DNA of 64,000 nt from Thermodesulfobacteriota bacterium (GTDB lineage Bacteria > Desulfobacterota > Binatia > Bin18). The notes under the pieces were generated by a model. The model was not told the DNA's origin, ran no database searches, and saw only the letters and a list, made by a program, of their open reading frames with translations. Positions 22,079 to 31,227 of this stretch are shown here, piece after piece (positions within the stretch are counted from its first letter, which is position 1; each line of letters starts with the position of its first letter). The position numbers were made by a program, and so were the translations under genes. Where the stretch lies: contig OZ219926.1 in the NCBI GenBank assembly GCA_964291405.2, positions 1,056,001 through 1,120,000 on the forward strand. Direction: 5' to 3'.

Positions 22079-23121
22079 TGCTCGGCTGGCACGCCACCGA
22101 GAATACCGCTATACCAAACCTCACCCAAGGGGGCATCGTCCAGCACTTCCATAATGTGAGGCTGGTCGGACAAGCGTTGGAATGTGGCTCCATCGGCAGT
22201 CTTTTGAGCAATGACAATCTCTTCCGGATGATCTTTATAGAGGTCCAGGAAGTACGGAGAATGCGTTGTTGCAATCACTTGAACCGGCTGACGATCTTCG
22301 CCGAACTGTTTTGGGTAGCTTAACCGGTAGAGCGCCGTCTGGATGTTCCGCAAAAGGCGAGGATGGACCCCTCGTTCCGGTTCCTCTATCCCGATCAGTG
22401 GCGGAGGATCAGGGAGGTACGCCAGGGTGAGAATGGCCAGGGCCAGCACCGTCCCTTGGGACAGGTCTCTAGCCGGTATCTTATGATGGCCTTTCCGGGT
22501 GCGGAATAAGAAGGCTCGCTGTCCGGTCTCTGGCGTTTCAAAAAGGATACGATCAAATTCCGGCAGCCACCGTCCAAGTTCTTTATTTAACCCCTCAAAT
22601 CGCTCGGGGTCTTTATCTCTGAGGCTGTCCATCACACCCACAAGATTGTGTCCGTTCGGAGAAAGTTCAGGCACAGATTCAAGTTGGACGGATTGAATTA
22701 TGGCCGAAGCGTCTAACGAATAAACTCGGATTCCAGACAGTAAGGAATTCGACAAATGTTCGGAAAATTCAGATGACCTTCGACCTGAAGATGATTGAGT
22801 GTGCCGAAGGAGGTCGCTGTGGTCACAACGCCAAGGCGCAGTCGTTACCCCTTTGTCATATCGCTCGCTCCATTGGAGTCTAATTTCTACGCTCGTCCCA
22901 CCTGTCACTTTCAGACCTGCGGTGACAAACTTTTCAAAATTTGTCCGACTAGTTCGCTGCCCTTCTCGTTCCCGGAGTGCTCGTTCCTTGACCGCTAAAA
23001 GGGCCTGCAAAGCCGTACTCTTGCCACTCCCGTTCGGTCCGACAATTAAAGTAAAAGGCGAAAGGGGAAGTGTCGCGTTTCGTAATACTTTGAAATTCTG
23101 AAATTGGATTGAGTCAAGCAT
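22075..23121 (-). CDS. ABC-type (AAA_15/AAA_21-like) ATPase
   Basis: IQFQNFK, Walker A GPNGSGKST, signature LSQGT, Walker B IGIEEPE, H-loop TTHSPY. Confidence 0.88.
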   Translation of the reverse strand: MLDSIQFQNFKVLRNATLPLSPFTLIVGPNGSGKSTALQALLAVKERALREREGQRTSRTNFEKFVTAGLKVTGGTSVEIRLQWSERYDKGVTTAPWRCDHSDLLRHTQSSSGRRSSEFSEHLSNSLLSGIRVYSLDASAIIQSVQLESVPELSPNGHNLVGVMDSLRDKDPERFEGLNKELGRWLPEFDRILFETPETGQRAFLFRTRKGHHKIPARDLSQGTVLALAILTLAYLPDPPPLIGIEEPERGVHPRLLRNIQTALYRLSYPKQFGEDRQPVQVIATTHSPYFLDLYKDHPEEIVIAQKTADGATFQRLSDQPHIMEVLDDAPLGEVWYSGILGGVPAEQ

Positions 23122-23342
23122 ACGAACCGCCTTCGGGCTCTTAGGGAGAAGGGATGGACGAATGATAAAATAATGTCTGTTTCCAGCTTGATATGCAACT
23201 CTTGGTACTGTCCTAAGTTGGGGTCTTTGGGGCGGCTGCATTATCGCTGCAGTTCGTCAAGACATCCCTTCCACCTGAGGTGACCTGAGTCTGGTAATTT
23301 GCAGGCCTCCATGCCATGTTCTCTTGCAGACAGGAGGGAACG

Positions 23343-24122
23343 ATGGAACTGCAAGATATCCTGTATGAAAAGCGTGGCCCTGCGGCCTGGATTACTCTCA
23401 ATCGTCCGACCGTGCTGAACGCGCTCTCGCCCGCACTGGTCCGGAGCCTCAGGCAGGCCTGTACCGACGCGCAAGCGGATACCCAGGTGCGGGCGGTTGT
23501 CTTCACCGGTGCGGGTCGGGGATTTTGCGCCGGCGCCGACATCAGCACCATGGAGCACACGCGTCTGGATGACTTCCGGACATTTCTCAACGAGTTGGCT
23601 ACGACGTGGTCGTTGATCCGCACCCTCCCCAAGCCAACCATCGCGGCCATCAACGGCGTGGTTGTGGGCGCGGGCTTCGAGCTGACCCTGGTGTGCGATT
23701 TCCGCATTGCCGCAAGCACCGCCCGTATCGGTTCGGCCGAGGTCAATATCAACCAGCCTATGACCAACGGCTCTACGCATATTCTGCCCCGCCTGGTTGG
23801 CGAGACCAAGGCCAAGGAACTCGGCATGACGGGCAATATCATCGAGGCCGCCGAAGCCGAGCGGATCGGGCTGCTCAACGCCTGCGTACAACCGGACGCG
23901 CTCGAAGAACATGTCCGCACCCTGGTCGATACCCTGGTCAGCCGCGGGCCGATTGCCGTCTCCCAGGTCAAACAGTGCTTCGCCCGCAACCGGGACGTTG
24001 ACATCGAGACGGCGATCATGGGCGAGAATGAAGCCGCGACCGAGTGCTTTTTATCGGCCGACCAGCAGGAGGGCTTGCGCGCCTTTCGTGAAAAACGCGC
24101 TCCCAACTGGTCAGGGACATAA
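23343..24122 (+). CDS. Enoyl-CoA hydratase/isomerase
   Basis: ITLNRP..LNAL, FCAGADI, AINGVVVGAGFEL, AFREKRAP. Confidence 0.92.
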   Translation: MELQDILYEKRGPAAWITLNRPTVLNALSPALVRSLRQACTDAQADTQVRAVVFTGAGRGFCAGADISTMEHTRLDDFRTFLNELATTWSLIRTLPKPTIAAINGVVVGAGFELTLVCDFRIAASTARIGSAEVNINQPMTNGSTHILPRLVGETKAKELGMTGNIIEAAEAERIGLLNACVQPDALEEHVRTLVDTLVSRGPIAVSQVKQCFARNRDVDIETAIMGENEAATECFLSADQQEGLRAFREKRAPNWSGT

Positions 24123-24153
24123 GGGCTGCACGGAGAGCAAAAGGAGACTAAAA

Positions 24154-24600
24154 ATGAAAGTTCGCAACACCTCCCATATTGCCATTGGGGTCAGCAATAT
24201 GGAGCAGTCGCTCACATTTTACCGCGATATATTGGGACTGCGGGTCACCCTGGACGATCCGCAGGAGAATCCGGGCGGGGCGCTGGCCAAGCCGCGCCAC
24301 GGGGTGTATCTGCGTTGGGACGACGGGCCGGACGCCACTTTTATCGTCCTGTCGGAGAACCAGCCGGTTTCCGGTGGGGCGCTCAGTCTCAATCAGGTTG
24401 GCATTCACCATTTTGCTTTTTGGGTGGACGACCTCGAAGATACGTTTGCAAAAGTCCGGGCTGCCGGGGTGCCGATCGTTATGCCGCCCACCACCTTTGA
24501 TAGTGTGGCCTATGGCGAAGAACCGGGCGGACAGGTGCTGACCACATTATTCAAAGATCCCGACGGCATCGTGGTGCAGCTCGACCAGCGGGTGGCGTAA
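24154..24600 (+). CDS. VOC/glyoxalase family protein
   Basis: HIAIGVSNMEQSLTFYRDILG, HHFAFWV, FKDPDG; AAGGAG RBS. Confidence 0.85.
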   Translation: MKVRNTSHIAIGVSNMEQSLTFYRDILGLRVTLDDPQENPGGALAKPRHGVYLRWDDGPDATFIVLSENQPVSGGALSLNQVGIHHFAFWVDDLEDTFAKVRAAGVPIVMPPTTFDSVAYGEEPGGQVLTTLFKDPDGIVVQLDQRVA

Positions 24601-24637
24601 ACGCAGAGTAATAACGCAACACCCTTTGGATAATCCC

Positions 24638-25255
24638 ATGTCCGGCTTCTCCGTACAGCCCCAGCGTCGCTCCCTCCGCTTACCGGGATACAACTACAGC
24701 AGTTCGGGGATGTACTTCCTGACGATTTGTACCGGGAAAAGAGCAGCGCTATTCGGAAGAGTCGATAAAGGAAAGATGGTTGAAAACGTATGCGGGCAAA
24801 TAGTGCGCTCCTGTTGGGAAGAGCTGGCATTTCGGGTTGAGCATATTCAGACTGATGCATTCGTTATCATGCCGAACCATATCCACGGCATTCTCGTTAT
24901 CCTCGGTAATGCCGCTATAAAGCCTGACGTAGGGGCAATTCATGAATTGCCCCTACAACCGACCAGGGCGCGCCGTCAGATGTTACTCCCCAAGGTCATC
25001 GGGCGTTTCAAGATGAACTCTTCCAAGTGTATCAACAAACTTCGTCATACCTCCGGCTCTTCCGTCTGGCAACGCAACTACTATGAGCACGTTATCCGCA
25101 ACGATGAGGCTCTCACAAGAATACGAGGGTATATACAAACAAATCCTCTCCGCTGGGAACTCGACCGGGAGAATCCCGAGCGGTGCGGCACAGACGACTT
25201 TGACCGTTGGTTATGGAAAGAAGGGGGTATAAATCATGGCACTGGGACAGAATAA
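24638..25255 (+). mobile_element. REP-associated tyrosine transposase (RAYT; IS200/IS605-like HUH/Y1 TnpA)
   Basis: RRSLRLPGYNYS...YFLTICT, MPNHIHG (HUH), WQRNYYEHVIR, YIQTNP (catalytic Tyr). Confidence 0.9.
24929..24956. repeat. 28-bp GTAG REP palindrome, copy 2, in frame inside the RAYT gene
   Basis: GTAGGGGCAATTCATGAATTGCCCCTAC, read as VGAIHELPL. Confidence 0.95.
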
Positions 25256-26222
25256 GGTCGAATACGAGGTCATCGAAGGCTGGGAACACCTGCCCGAAGG
25301 CTGGTCGTTTGTTGAGGTTGCCGGGGTCGCGACCGACTCACAGGACCGGGTGTATGCCTTCAACCGGGGCGAGCATCCTATGATCGTGTTTGACCGGGAC
25401 GGCACGTTTCTAAACGCCTGGGGAGAAGATGTCTTTACCAACGCCCACGGCATTTTTATTGGTCCTGATGACACCATCTATTGTGCCGACAACTTCGACC
25501 ATACGGTCCGTCTCTTCACCCCGGACGGTACGCTCATCAAAACGCTGGGCGAAAAAGACAAGCCCGCGGAGACCGGCTTTCAGGCCTGGACCACGCCGGT
25601 CCAACAATCCGCCGGTCCGTTCAATATGGTCACCAATGTTGCTCTCTCGCCCCAGGGCGATATGTATATCGCCGATGGCTACGGCAACGCGCGGGTACAT
25701 AAATTCTCGGCCGCTGGCGAACTCCAGTTCTCCTGGGGAGAGCCCGGCAGCGGTCCCGGACAGTTCAAAATACCCCACGCGATTGCCGTTGACCGGCGCG
25801 GACGGGTGTATGTCGCCGACCGGGAGAACTCGCGTATTCAGATTTTTACCGGTGACGGCGACTATGTCACCGAGTGGACGCATGTGAATCGGCCGGACGA
25901 TCTGTATATCGACGAGGACGAAAATCTCTTTGTCGCCGAGCTGGGATTCAAAGTCGCGTCCATGCCGAATAATATGGGGGCCGCGGTACCGCCGCACGAA
26001 CCACCCTCGTGTGTGACCGTGCTCACCCTGGACGGGGAGGTCCAACACCGTTTTGGTGAACATGGTTTGGAGCCGGGCAATTTCTATGCGCCGCACGGTA
26101 TCTGGGCCGACTCGCGAGGCGATCTCTACGTGAGCGAAGTGAACTATAGCGCCGGGGGGAGACAGGGATTGATTCCCCTTGACGGTCATGTGCTGCAAAA
26201 ATTCGTTCGCCTCCACAAATAA
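25236..26222 (+). CDS. NHL-repeat protein (peptidyl-alpha-hydroxyglycine amidating-lyase-like)
   Basis: YIADGYGNARVHKF, PHAIAVD, VADRENSRIQIF NHL repeats. Confidence 0.85.
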   Translation: MALGQNKVEYEVIEGWEHLPEGWSFVEVAGVATDSQDRVYAFNRGEHPMIVFDRDGTFLNAWGEDVFTNAHGIFIGPDDTIYCADNFDHTVRLFTPDGTLIKTLGEKDKPAETGFQAWTTPVQQSAGPFNMVTNVALSPQGDMYIADGYGNARVHKFSAAGELQFSWGEPGSGPGQFKIPHAIAVDRRGRVYVADRENSRIQIFTGDGDYVTEWTHVNRPDDLYIDEDENLFVAELGFKVASMPNNMGAAVPPHEPPSCVTVLTLDGEVQHRFGEHGLEPGNFYAPHGIWADSRGDLYVSEVNYSAGGRQGLIPLDGHVLQKFVRLHK

Positions 26223-26243
26223 GCGCCGCCCGGAGACAGAGGC

Positions 26244-27194
26244 ATGGTACGCGTTGCCGTCCTGGACGATTATCAGGACGTGGCTCGAAAGATGACGGAC
26301 TGGAGCGTACTGCCGGAGGACGTTGAGGTCGCGGTGTTCCGCGATCACCTGACGGACCAGGCTGCCGTGGTCGAGCGTCTCAAGGACTTCGACATCGTCA
26401 TGGCCATGCGGGAACGGACGCCCTTCCCGCGTACGCTGCTGGAGCAGCTTCCACAACTGCGACTATTGACCACAACGGGTATGCGCAACGCCGCCATCGA
26501 CATGCAGGCCGCTTCGGACTGCAACGTCCTGGTATGCGGAACCGGCGGCATCCTGTATCCGACTGCCGAGCTTACCTGGGGTCTGATTTTATCGCTCCTG
26601 CGTCATATTCCGGATGAAGACCAGGCCACCCGAGCGGGACGCTGGCAGGTCAGCATGGGGCTGGGGCTGCATGGCAAAACACTTGGGCTGATGGGGCTGG
26701 GACGGTTGGGGTCAGAGGTGGCCAGAGTCGGCAATGCCTTTCAGATGGACGTTATTGCCTGGAGCCAAAATCTGACCGCCGAGCGCGCGGCTGAGTGCGG
26801 CGCGACCCTGGTGAGCAAAGACGAACTCCTGGCCCGCGCCGACATTCTTTCGATTCATCTGGTTCTGAGCGCGCGGTCACGGGGTCTCATCGGACACCAG
26901 GAACTCAACCGGATGAAGCCCACGGCCTATTTGATTAACACCTCGCGGGGACCGATTGTCAATGAGGCAGCGCTCATCGCGGCCCTCCGCGATGGGACGA
27001 TCGCAGGTGCAGGGTTGGACGTGTTTGATGAGGAGCCACTGCCGCTGGACCATCCGCTGCGGCGGGCGGTAAACACCATCATCACGCCCCATATCGGCTA
27101 TGTGACAGAGGAGACGTATCAGGTGTTCTTTGACGAGACGGTAGAGAACATTCAGGCATTTTTGCAGGGGGCTCCCGTGCGGGTGTTGAGTTAA
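26244..27194 (+). CDS. D-2-hydroxyacid dehydrogenase family protein
   Basis: MRERT, GLMGLGRLG, INTSRG, GLDVFDEEP, TPHIGY. Confidence 0.92.
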   Translation: MVRVAVLDDYQDVARKMTDWSVLPEDVEVAVFRDHLTDQAAVVERLKDFDIVMAMRERTPFPRTLLEQLPQLRLLTTTGMRNAAIDMQAASDCNVLVCGTGGILYPTAELTWGLILSLLRHIPDEDQATRAGRWQVSMGLGLHGKTLGLMGLGRLGSEVARVGNAFQMDVIAWSQNLTAERAAECGATLVSKDELLARADILSIHLVLSARSRGLIGHQELNRMKPTAYLINTSRGPIVNEAALIAALRDGTIAGAGLDVFDEEPLPLDHPLRRAVNTIITPHIGYVTEETYQVFFDETVENIQAFLQGAPVRVLS

Positions 27195-27240
27195 GCCTGC
27201 CCACAATGACCGACCGATAAAAACGCTGAGGACTGGTATT

Positions 27241-28092
27241 TCACGCCAATCGTTGGGCAATCTCGGCGTATGTGTCCAAGAAGGGCAGAATCACCTCGCG
27301 GCCTTCGGTTGGAATACGCACTGCGGTCCTGACGGCTCCCATATCCCGGTAGCGCTCCAGACGCTGCTCGTCCGGGGTGTCGATACAGAAGAACGAGATG
27401 GGGATGGACCCTGGAGCGCGCCCGGCTTTTTCCGCACGCTCGTTCAGGTCGGCCAGGGCGGCCGGCCAGTCGTCAATCAGGGTCTCGATGGGCAGCCAGC
27501 CGTCGCAGTGATCGACCACGCGCTGTCGGCCCAGCTTGGAACTCATGCTGCCCAGAATGATGGGCGGGTGCGGTACGGTCAGCGGCTTGGGATAGGACCA
27601 GACCCGGTCGAAGTTCACGAACTCGCCGTGATAGGAGGCTTCTTCCTGCGTCCACAGGGCTTGCATGGCCTCAATATGCTCTTTGAAGACCTGCCAGCGC
27701 CGATTGGGCGGGGTGCCGTGGTTCTGCATTTCTTCCCGAATCCAGCCGGCACCCACGCCGAACAGGAAACGGCCGTTGGAGATGCGGTCCAGGGTCGCCA
27801 CCTGCTTGGCCTGGTAGAGAGGCTCGTGCTCGATGATCAGCGAGACACCGGTGCCCAACAGGATTTTCTCGGTCACGGCCGCGGCCGCGGCCAGGGTTGA
27901 GAACGGGTCGGACATGTGGATGTATTCCTTGGGCAGCGGGCCGCCAGCCGGCCAGGGGGTTTCCCGGCTGGCCGGAATGTGGGTGTGTTCGGGCACCCAC
28001 AGGGACTCAAAGCCGCGTTCCTCGCAGGCGACGGCCAACTCTGCCGCCGACATGGTGTATTCGGTATTGAAACTGAAAATACCAAGCTTCAT
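27241..28092 (-). CDS. LLM-class (probably F420-dependent, Rv2161c-like) oxidoreductase
   Basis: SLWVPEHTHIP, DPF, GRFLFGVGAGW..EE, PKP...PHPPI. Confidence 0.88.
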   Translation of the reverse strand: MKLGIFSFNTEYTMSAAELAVACEERGFESLWVPEHTHIPASRETPWPAGGPLPKEYIHMSDPFSTLAAAAAVTEKILLGTGVSLIIEHEPLYQAKQVATLDRISNGRFLFGVGAGWIREEMQNHGTPPNRRWQVFKEHIEAMQALWTQEEASYHGEFVNFDRVWSYPKPLTVPHPPIILGSMSSKLGRQRVVDHCDGWLPIETLIDDWPAALADLNERAEKAGRAPGSIPISFFCIDTPDEQRLERYRDMGAVRTAVRIPTEGREVILPFLDTYAEIAQRLA

Positions 28093-28120
28093 GCGTCCGC
28101 TCCTTCCGGGTCAAAAGGGA

Positions 28121-28528
28121 TCAAACGAATTCGAGGTCCCGGTCCATGGCTGTGGTAGAGCGGTAATAACACGTCTGCCGGGCCTGACCGGTGGCGTCTT
28201 TGGTATGACACACTCCGCCTTTGCGGGGGATGACGCGGTACAACACGGAGTTCTGTTCGCAGTTGACGCGGACATCAACCAGATCGAGCACATCGCCTGA
28301 GGTTGCGCCCTTGCGCCATAACTCGTTGCGCGAGGTGGACCACAGCACGGCCTGTCGGGTTGCGAATGTTTCCTTAAGTGCCAGGTCGTTCGCATAGCCG
28401 ATAAACAAAACCTCGCCGTTCTCGGCGTGTTGCAACACGACCGGGATGACATCCTGGTCGGTTTCCGCGACCTTGCGCAGCTTCTTAAAATCGAGAGTGA
28501 GTGCCTTGCCTTCTTCAAGGGTATTCAT
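28121..28528 (-). CDS. hisI: Phosphoribosyl-AMP cyclohydrolase
   Basis: WSTSRNELWRKGATSG, NCEQNS, VCHT...CYY. Confidence 0.8.
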   Translation of the reverse strand: MNTLEEGKALTLDFKKLRKVAETDQDVIPVVLQHAENGEVLFIGYANDLALKETFATRQAVLWSTSRNELWRKGATSGDVLDLVDVRVNCEQNSVLYRVIPRKGGVCHTKDATGQARQTCYYRSTTAMDRDLEFV

Positions 28529-28544
28529 GCGGGGACACCTCTTC

Positions 28545-29066
28545 CTAATAGCCTGCGTCTTCGTACGGTCCCAGACCGCGTTTATAGATCAGGAGTTTCC
28601 GCTCGAACGAGCAGACTTCCTGGCCGTCCTGATTGATCGCGCGGGTGCGGACGTGTAGCACGGCCTGCGCCGGACGGGAGCGCGATTCGCGCTTGTCGAG
28701 CAGTTCGGACTCGGCATAAATCGTATCGCCGGCTTTCACCGGAGTCGGCAGTGTGACATCAGTCCAGCCGAGGTTGGCCACGACCTTATTGAAGGTTTTC
28801 GTTGTCATGGCGGTGACCGCACTCAACACCAGGGTTTCGCTGATGACGTTTTCTCCGCCATAGACCTGGTGATTATACTCCGTGTCAGCGGTACGGGCGG
28901 AGAGGTCGGCAGACCGAAAAGTATGTTGCCGATTGTCCTCAGCTGTGAACGTTCGTCCCGGTCGGTGTTCAAAAACCTGACCGACTTCAAAGTCTTCAAA
29001 CTCGATGCCCGCGATCTCCATGAAAACGTTTTCTTCAAGTTTTCGGTGCGAATGAAACTGACTCAT
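28545..29066 (-). CDS. MaoC-family dehydratase
   Basis: FEDFEVGQVFEHRPGRT, NLGW, PVKAGDTIYAE, SRSRP. Confidence 0.85.
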   Translation of the reverse strand: MSQFHSHRKLEENVFMEIAGIEFEDFEVGQVFEHRPGRTFTAEDNRQHTFRSADLSARTADTEYNHQVYGGENVISETLVLSAVTAMTTKTFNKVVANLGWTDVTLPTPVKAGDTIYAESELLDKRESRSRPAQAVLHVRTRAINQDGQEVCSFERKLLIYKRGLGPYEDAGY

Positions 29067-29083
29067 AGCGGTTTACCTTCGGT

Positions 29084-29611
29084 CTAGTAATTGACGGCTT
29101 CAAAGGGCACGGCGTCACGTTTATACACCAGCAGGTCATAGCCCATCACGCACACCAGCTTGCCGTCTTGATTGATACCTCTGGTTTCGACCGTGAGCTT
29201 GCCACACGCGGCATCGCTCTCAACCTCCTCCTTGCCGGTAATCTCGGTCTCGGCGTAGAGCGTGTCTCCGCCAAAGACAGGGGCCGTCATATTGAGCGCA
29301 GACCAGCCGAGGATGCGCGTTTTCTTGAAAAATGTTTTCCAGGTCATGCCGATCAGACGTTGCAGGGTCAGCGTGCTGACGACCAGGGGTTTTTTCCACT
29401 CGGTCTTGGAGGCGTAGTGTGCATCAAAATGGATCATGGCCTGATTGAGCGTATCAAATGATTCTTCGAGGTTGTCCTGTTGGGTAATCGTCAAACCGGG
29501 CCGATGTTTGAAAATCTGGCCAACCTGAAAGTCTTCAAAGTCGAGTCCGTAGCGTTCTCGAAACCGCTTCTCCCCAACCTGTATATGTGACGTATAGGCG
29601 AATTCAGCCAT
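29084..29611 (-). CDS. MaoC-family dehydratase
   Basis: FEDFQVGQIFKHRPG, DN...NQAMIHFD hydratase motif, PVFGGDTLYAE. Confidence 0.85.
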   Translation of the reverse strand: MAEFAYTSHIQVGEKRFRERYGLDFEDFQVGQIFKHRPGLTITQQDNLEESFDTLNQAMIHFDAHYASKTEWKKPLVVSTLTLQRLIGMTWKTFFKKTRILGWSALNMTAPVFGGDTLYAETEITGKEEVESDAACGKLTVETRGINQDGKLVCVMGYDLLVYKRDAVPFEAVNY

Positions 29612-29900
29612 ACCAATACACTCCAATCTTCACGCTTCTCGCAGGTCGGTTAGCCTACCAGGAATCGGGTCGCTCGGGTAGGGTCTGCGCTGTCCCGGAC
29701 GGTCGTATGGCGCCCTGCCCGGCTGACAAACGGGGCTAATACCGTGGACGGGAGCAGGCGAACTGGTACGAAGCGGCGTACGGGCAAGCTGCCTGAACGC
29801 CAGTTATCCTATTACGGTATGTCGCAGTGTAGGTAGCGGAGGGTGGCGGTATACCCAGAAGGAGGCGGCGGATTATGCAAGGCTCATCCGGCCGACGAGG

Positions 29901-30287
29901 CTAGGCGCTGCCCCGGCTGGCGTCGACGCTCCACATCCCTGAGCCATGCGCAGAGATAAACAAAAAGGCGAAACAGTAGACAACGGCCAACTCGCCCTGA
30001 TTCTGAAGCGGGAGGAGCGCATTCATGCCGTGGGCCATCCAATAGGCGGCTGCCATCAGGCCACTACAGATAAAGGCCGCCCAACCGGTCATCAGTCCGA
30101 TCATGACCAGGGCCCCGCCAACCAGCTCGATAGGACCCGCGACATAGAGGATAAACGCGGGTGCTTCCGGTGGCGGCAGGGGGAAGCCCAACAGCTTTTG
30201 GGTCCCGTGGAAAAGGAAGGTGAATCCCAAGACAATACGCATCAGCGCATACGTCTGTCCTCCATACGCCCCCATGAACGAAGCCAT
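29901..30287 (-). CDS. DoxX family membrane protein
   Basis: MRIVLGFTFLFHGTQKL, GPIELVGG, MAAAYW, NQGELA, GSGMWSVD. Confidence 0.9.
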   Translation of the reverse strand: MASFMGAYGGQTYALMRIVLGFTFLFHGTQKLLGFPLPPPEAPAFILYVAGPIELVGGALVMIGLMTGWAAFICSGLMAAAYWMAHGMNALLPLQNQGELAVVYCFAFLFISAHGSGMWSVDASRGSA

Positions 30288-30343
30288 AGCTTCCCTCCTT
30301 TGGTCTGGAATGACTCCGTCATAGCAGTGTCAGAGACAAAACT

Positions 30344-31195
30344 TCAAGCGAACTTTTGAAGCATGGGTGCGTACGCATCCAGAAACGTCCGCACCTGCTC
30401 CCGGTCTTCGGTCGGTATGCGGACAACGGTCCGGACCGCGCCGTAGCGCTGAAAGCGCTCAAGAATGTGCGCCTTGGGCGCGTTGGTACAAAAGCAGGTG
30501 ATCGGGATGGACTGCGGGTCACGCCCAATGGACTCGGCGTACTCGCGCATTTTCGCAATCGAACCCGGCAGGTCCTCGACTGCGGCCGCAACCGGAATCC
30601 ATCCATCACACAGATCAACGACGCGTTTGAGTGCAATTTTTGAGCTCAGGCTGCCGAGCAGAATCGGCGGGTGCGGCACGGTCAATGGCTTGGGATAGGA
30701 CCAGACCCGATCAAAGTCGACAAACTCACCGTGATACGAGGCCTCGTCTTGGGTCCACAATGCCTGCATGGCCTCAACGCGTTCGGTCAGGACGGTCCAG
30801 CGACGGTCGGGCGGCGTGCCGTGATTGCGCATTTCTTCTTTATTCCAGCCCGCGCCGATGCCGAACAGAAACCGGCCCTGAGAGAGGCGATCCAGAGAGG
30901 CAATTTGCTTTGCCTGGACAATGGGATCGTGCTCGGTCACGAGAGAGATACCTGTCCCCAGCTTGAGCGTCTTGGTCACCGCGGCCGCGGCAGCCAGCCC
31001 GATAAACGGGTCGGACATGTGGATATATTCCTTGGGCAGCGCTCCGCCACCGGGAAATGGGGACTCCCGACTGGCCGGGATATGCGTATGCTCCGGCAGC
31101 CACAGCGACTCATAGCCCCGCTCCTCGCAGGCGACCGCCAGTTCATCCGCTGCCATGGTATACTCGGTGTTATAACTAAACACGCCAATATGCAT
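30344..31195 (-). CDS. LLM-class (probably F420-dependent, Rv2161c-like) oxidoreductase; paralog of 27241-28092
   Basis: Same length (283 aa) and long shared segments (EHTHIPASRE, YHGEFV.FDRVWSYPKPLTVPHPPI). Confidence 0.88.
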   Translation of the reverse strand: MHIGVFSYNTEYTMAADELAVACEERGYESLWLPEHTHIPASRESPFPGGGALPKEYIHMSDPFIGLAAAAAVTKTLKLGTGISLVTEHDPIVQAKQIASLDRLSQGRFLFGIGAGWNKEEMRNHGTPPDRRWTVLTERVEAMQALWTQDEASYHGEFVDFDRVWSYPKPLTVPHPPILLGSLSSKIALKRVVDLCDGWIPVAAAVEDLPGSIAKMREYAESIGRDPQSIPITCFCTNAPKAHILERFQRYGAVRTVVRIPTEDREQVRTFLDAYAPMLQKFA

Positions 31196-31227
31196 ACAGA
31201 CTCCTTCGCGGTTTTCGCTCTCCCTTT

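Noticed and set aside
29630-29900. 270-bp intergenic region as a riboswitch or ncRNA
   Set aside because: No recognisable conserved motif or convincing structure by eye; an Rfam/Infernal scan would be needed
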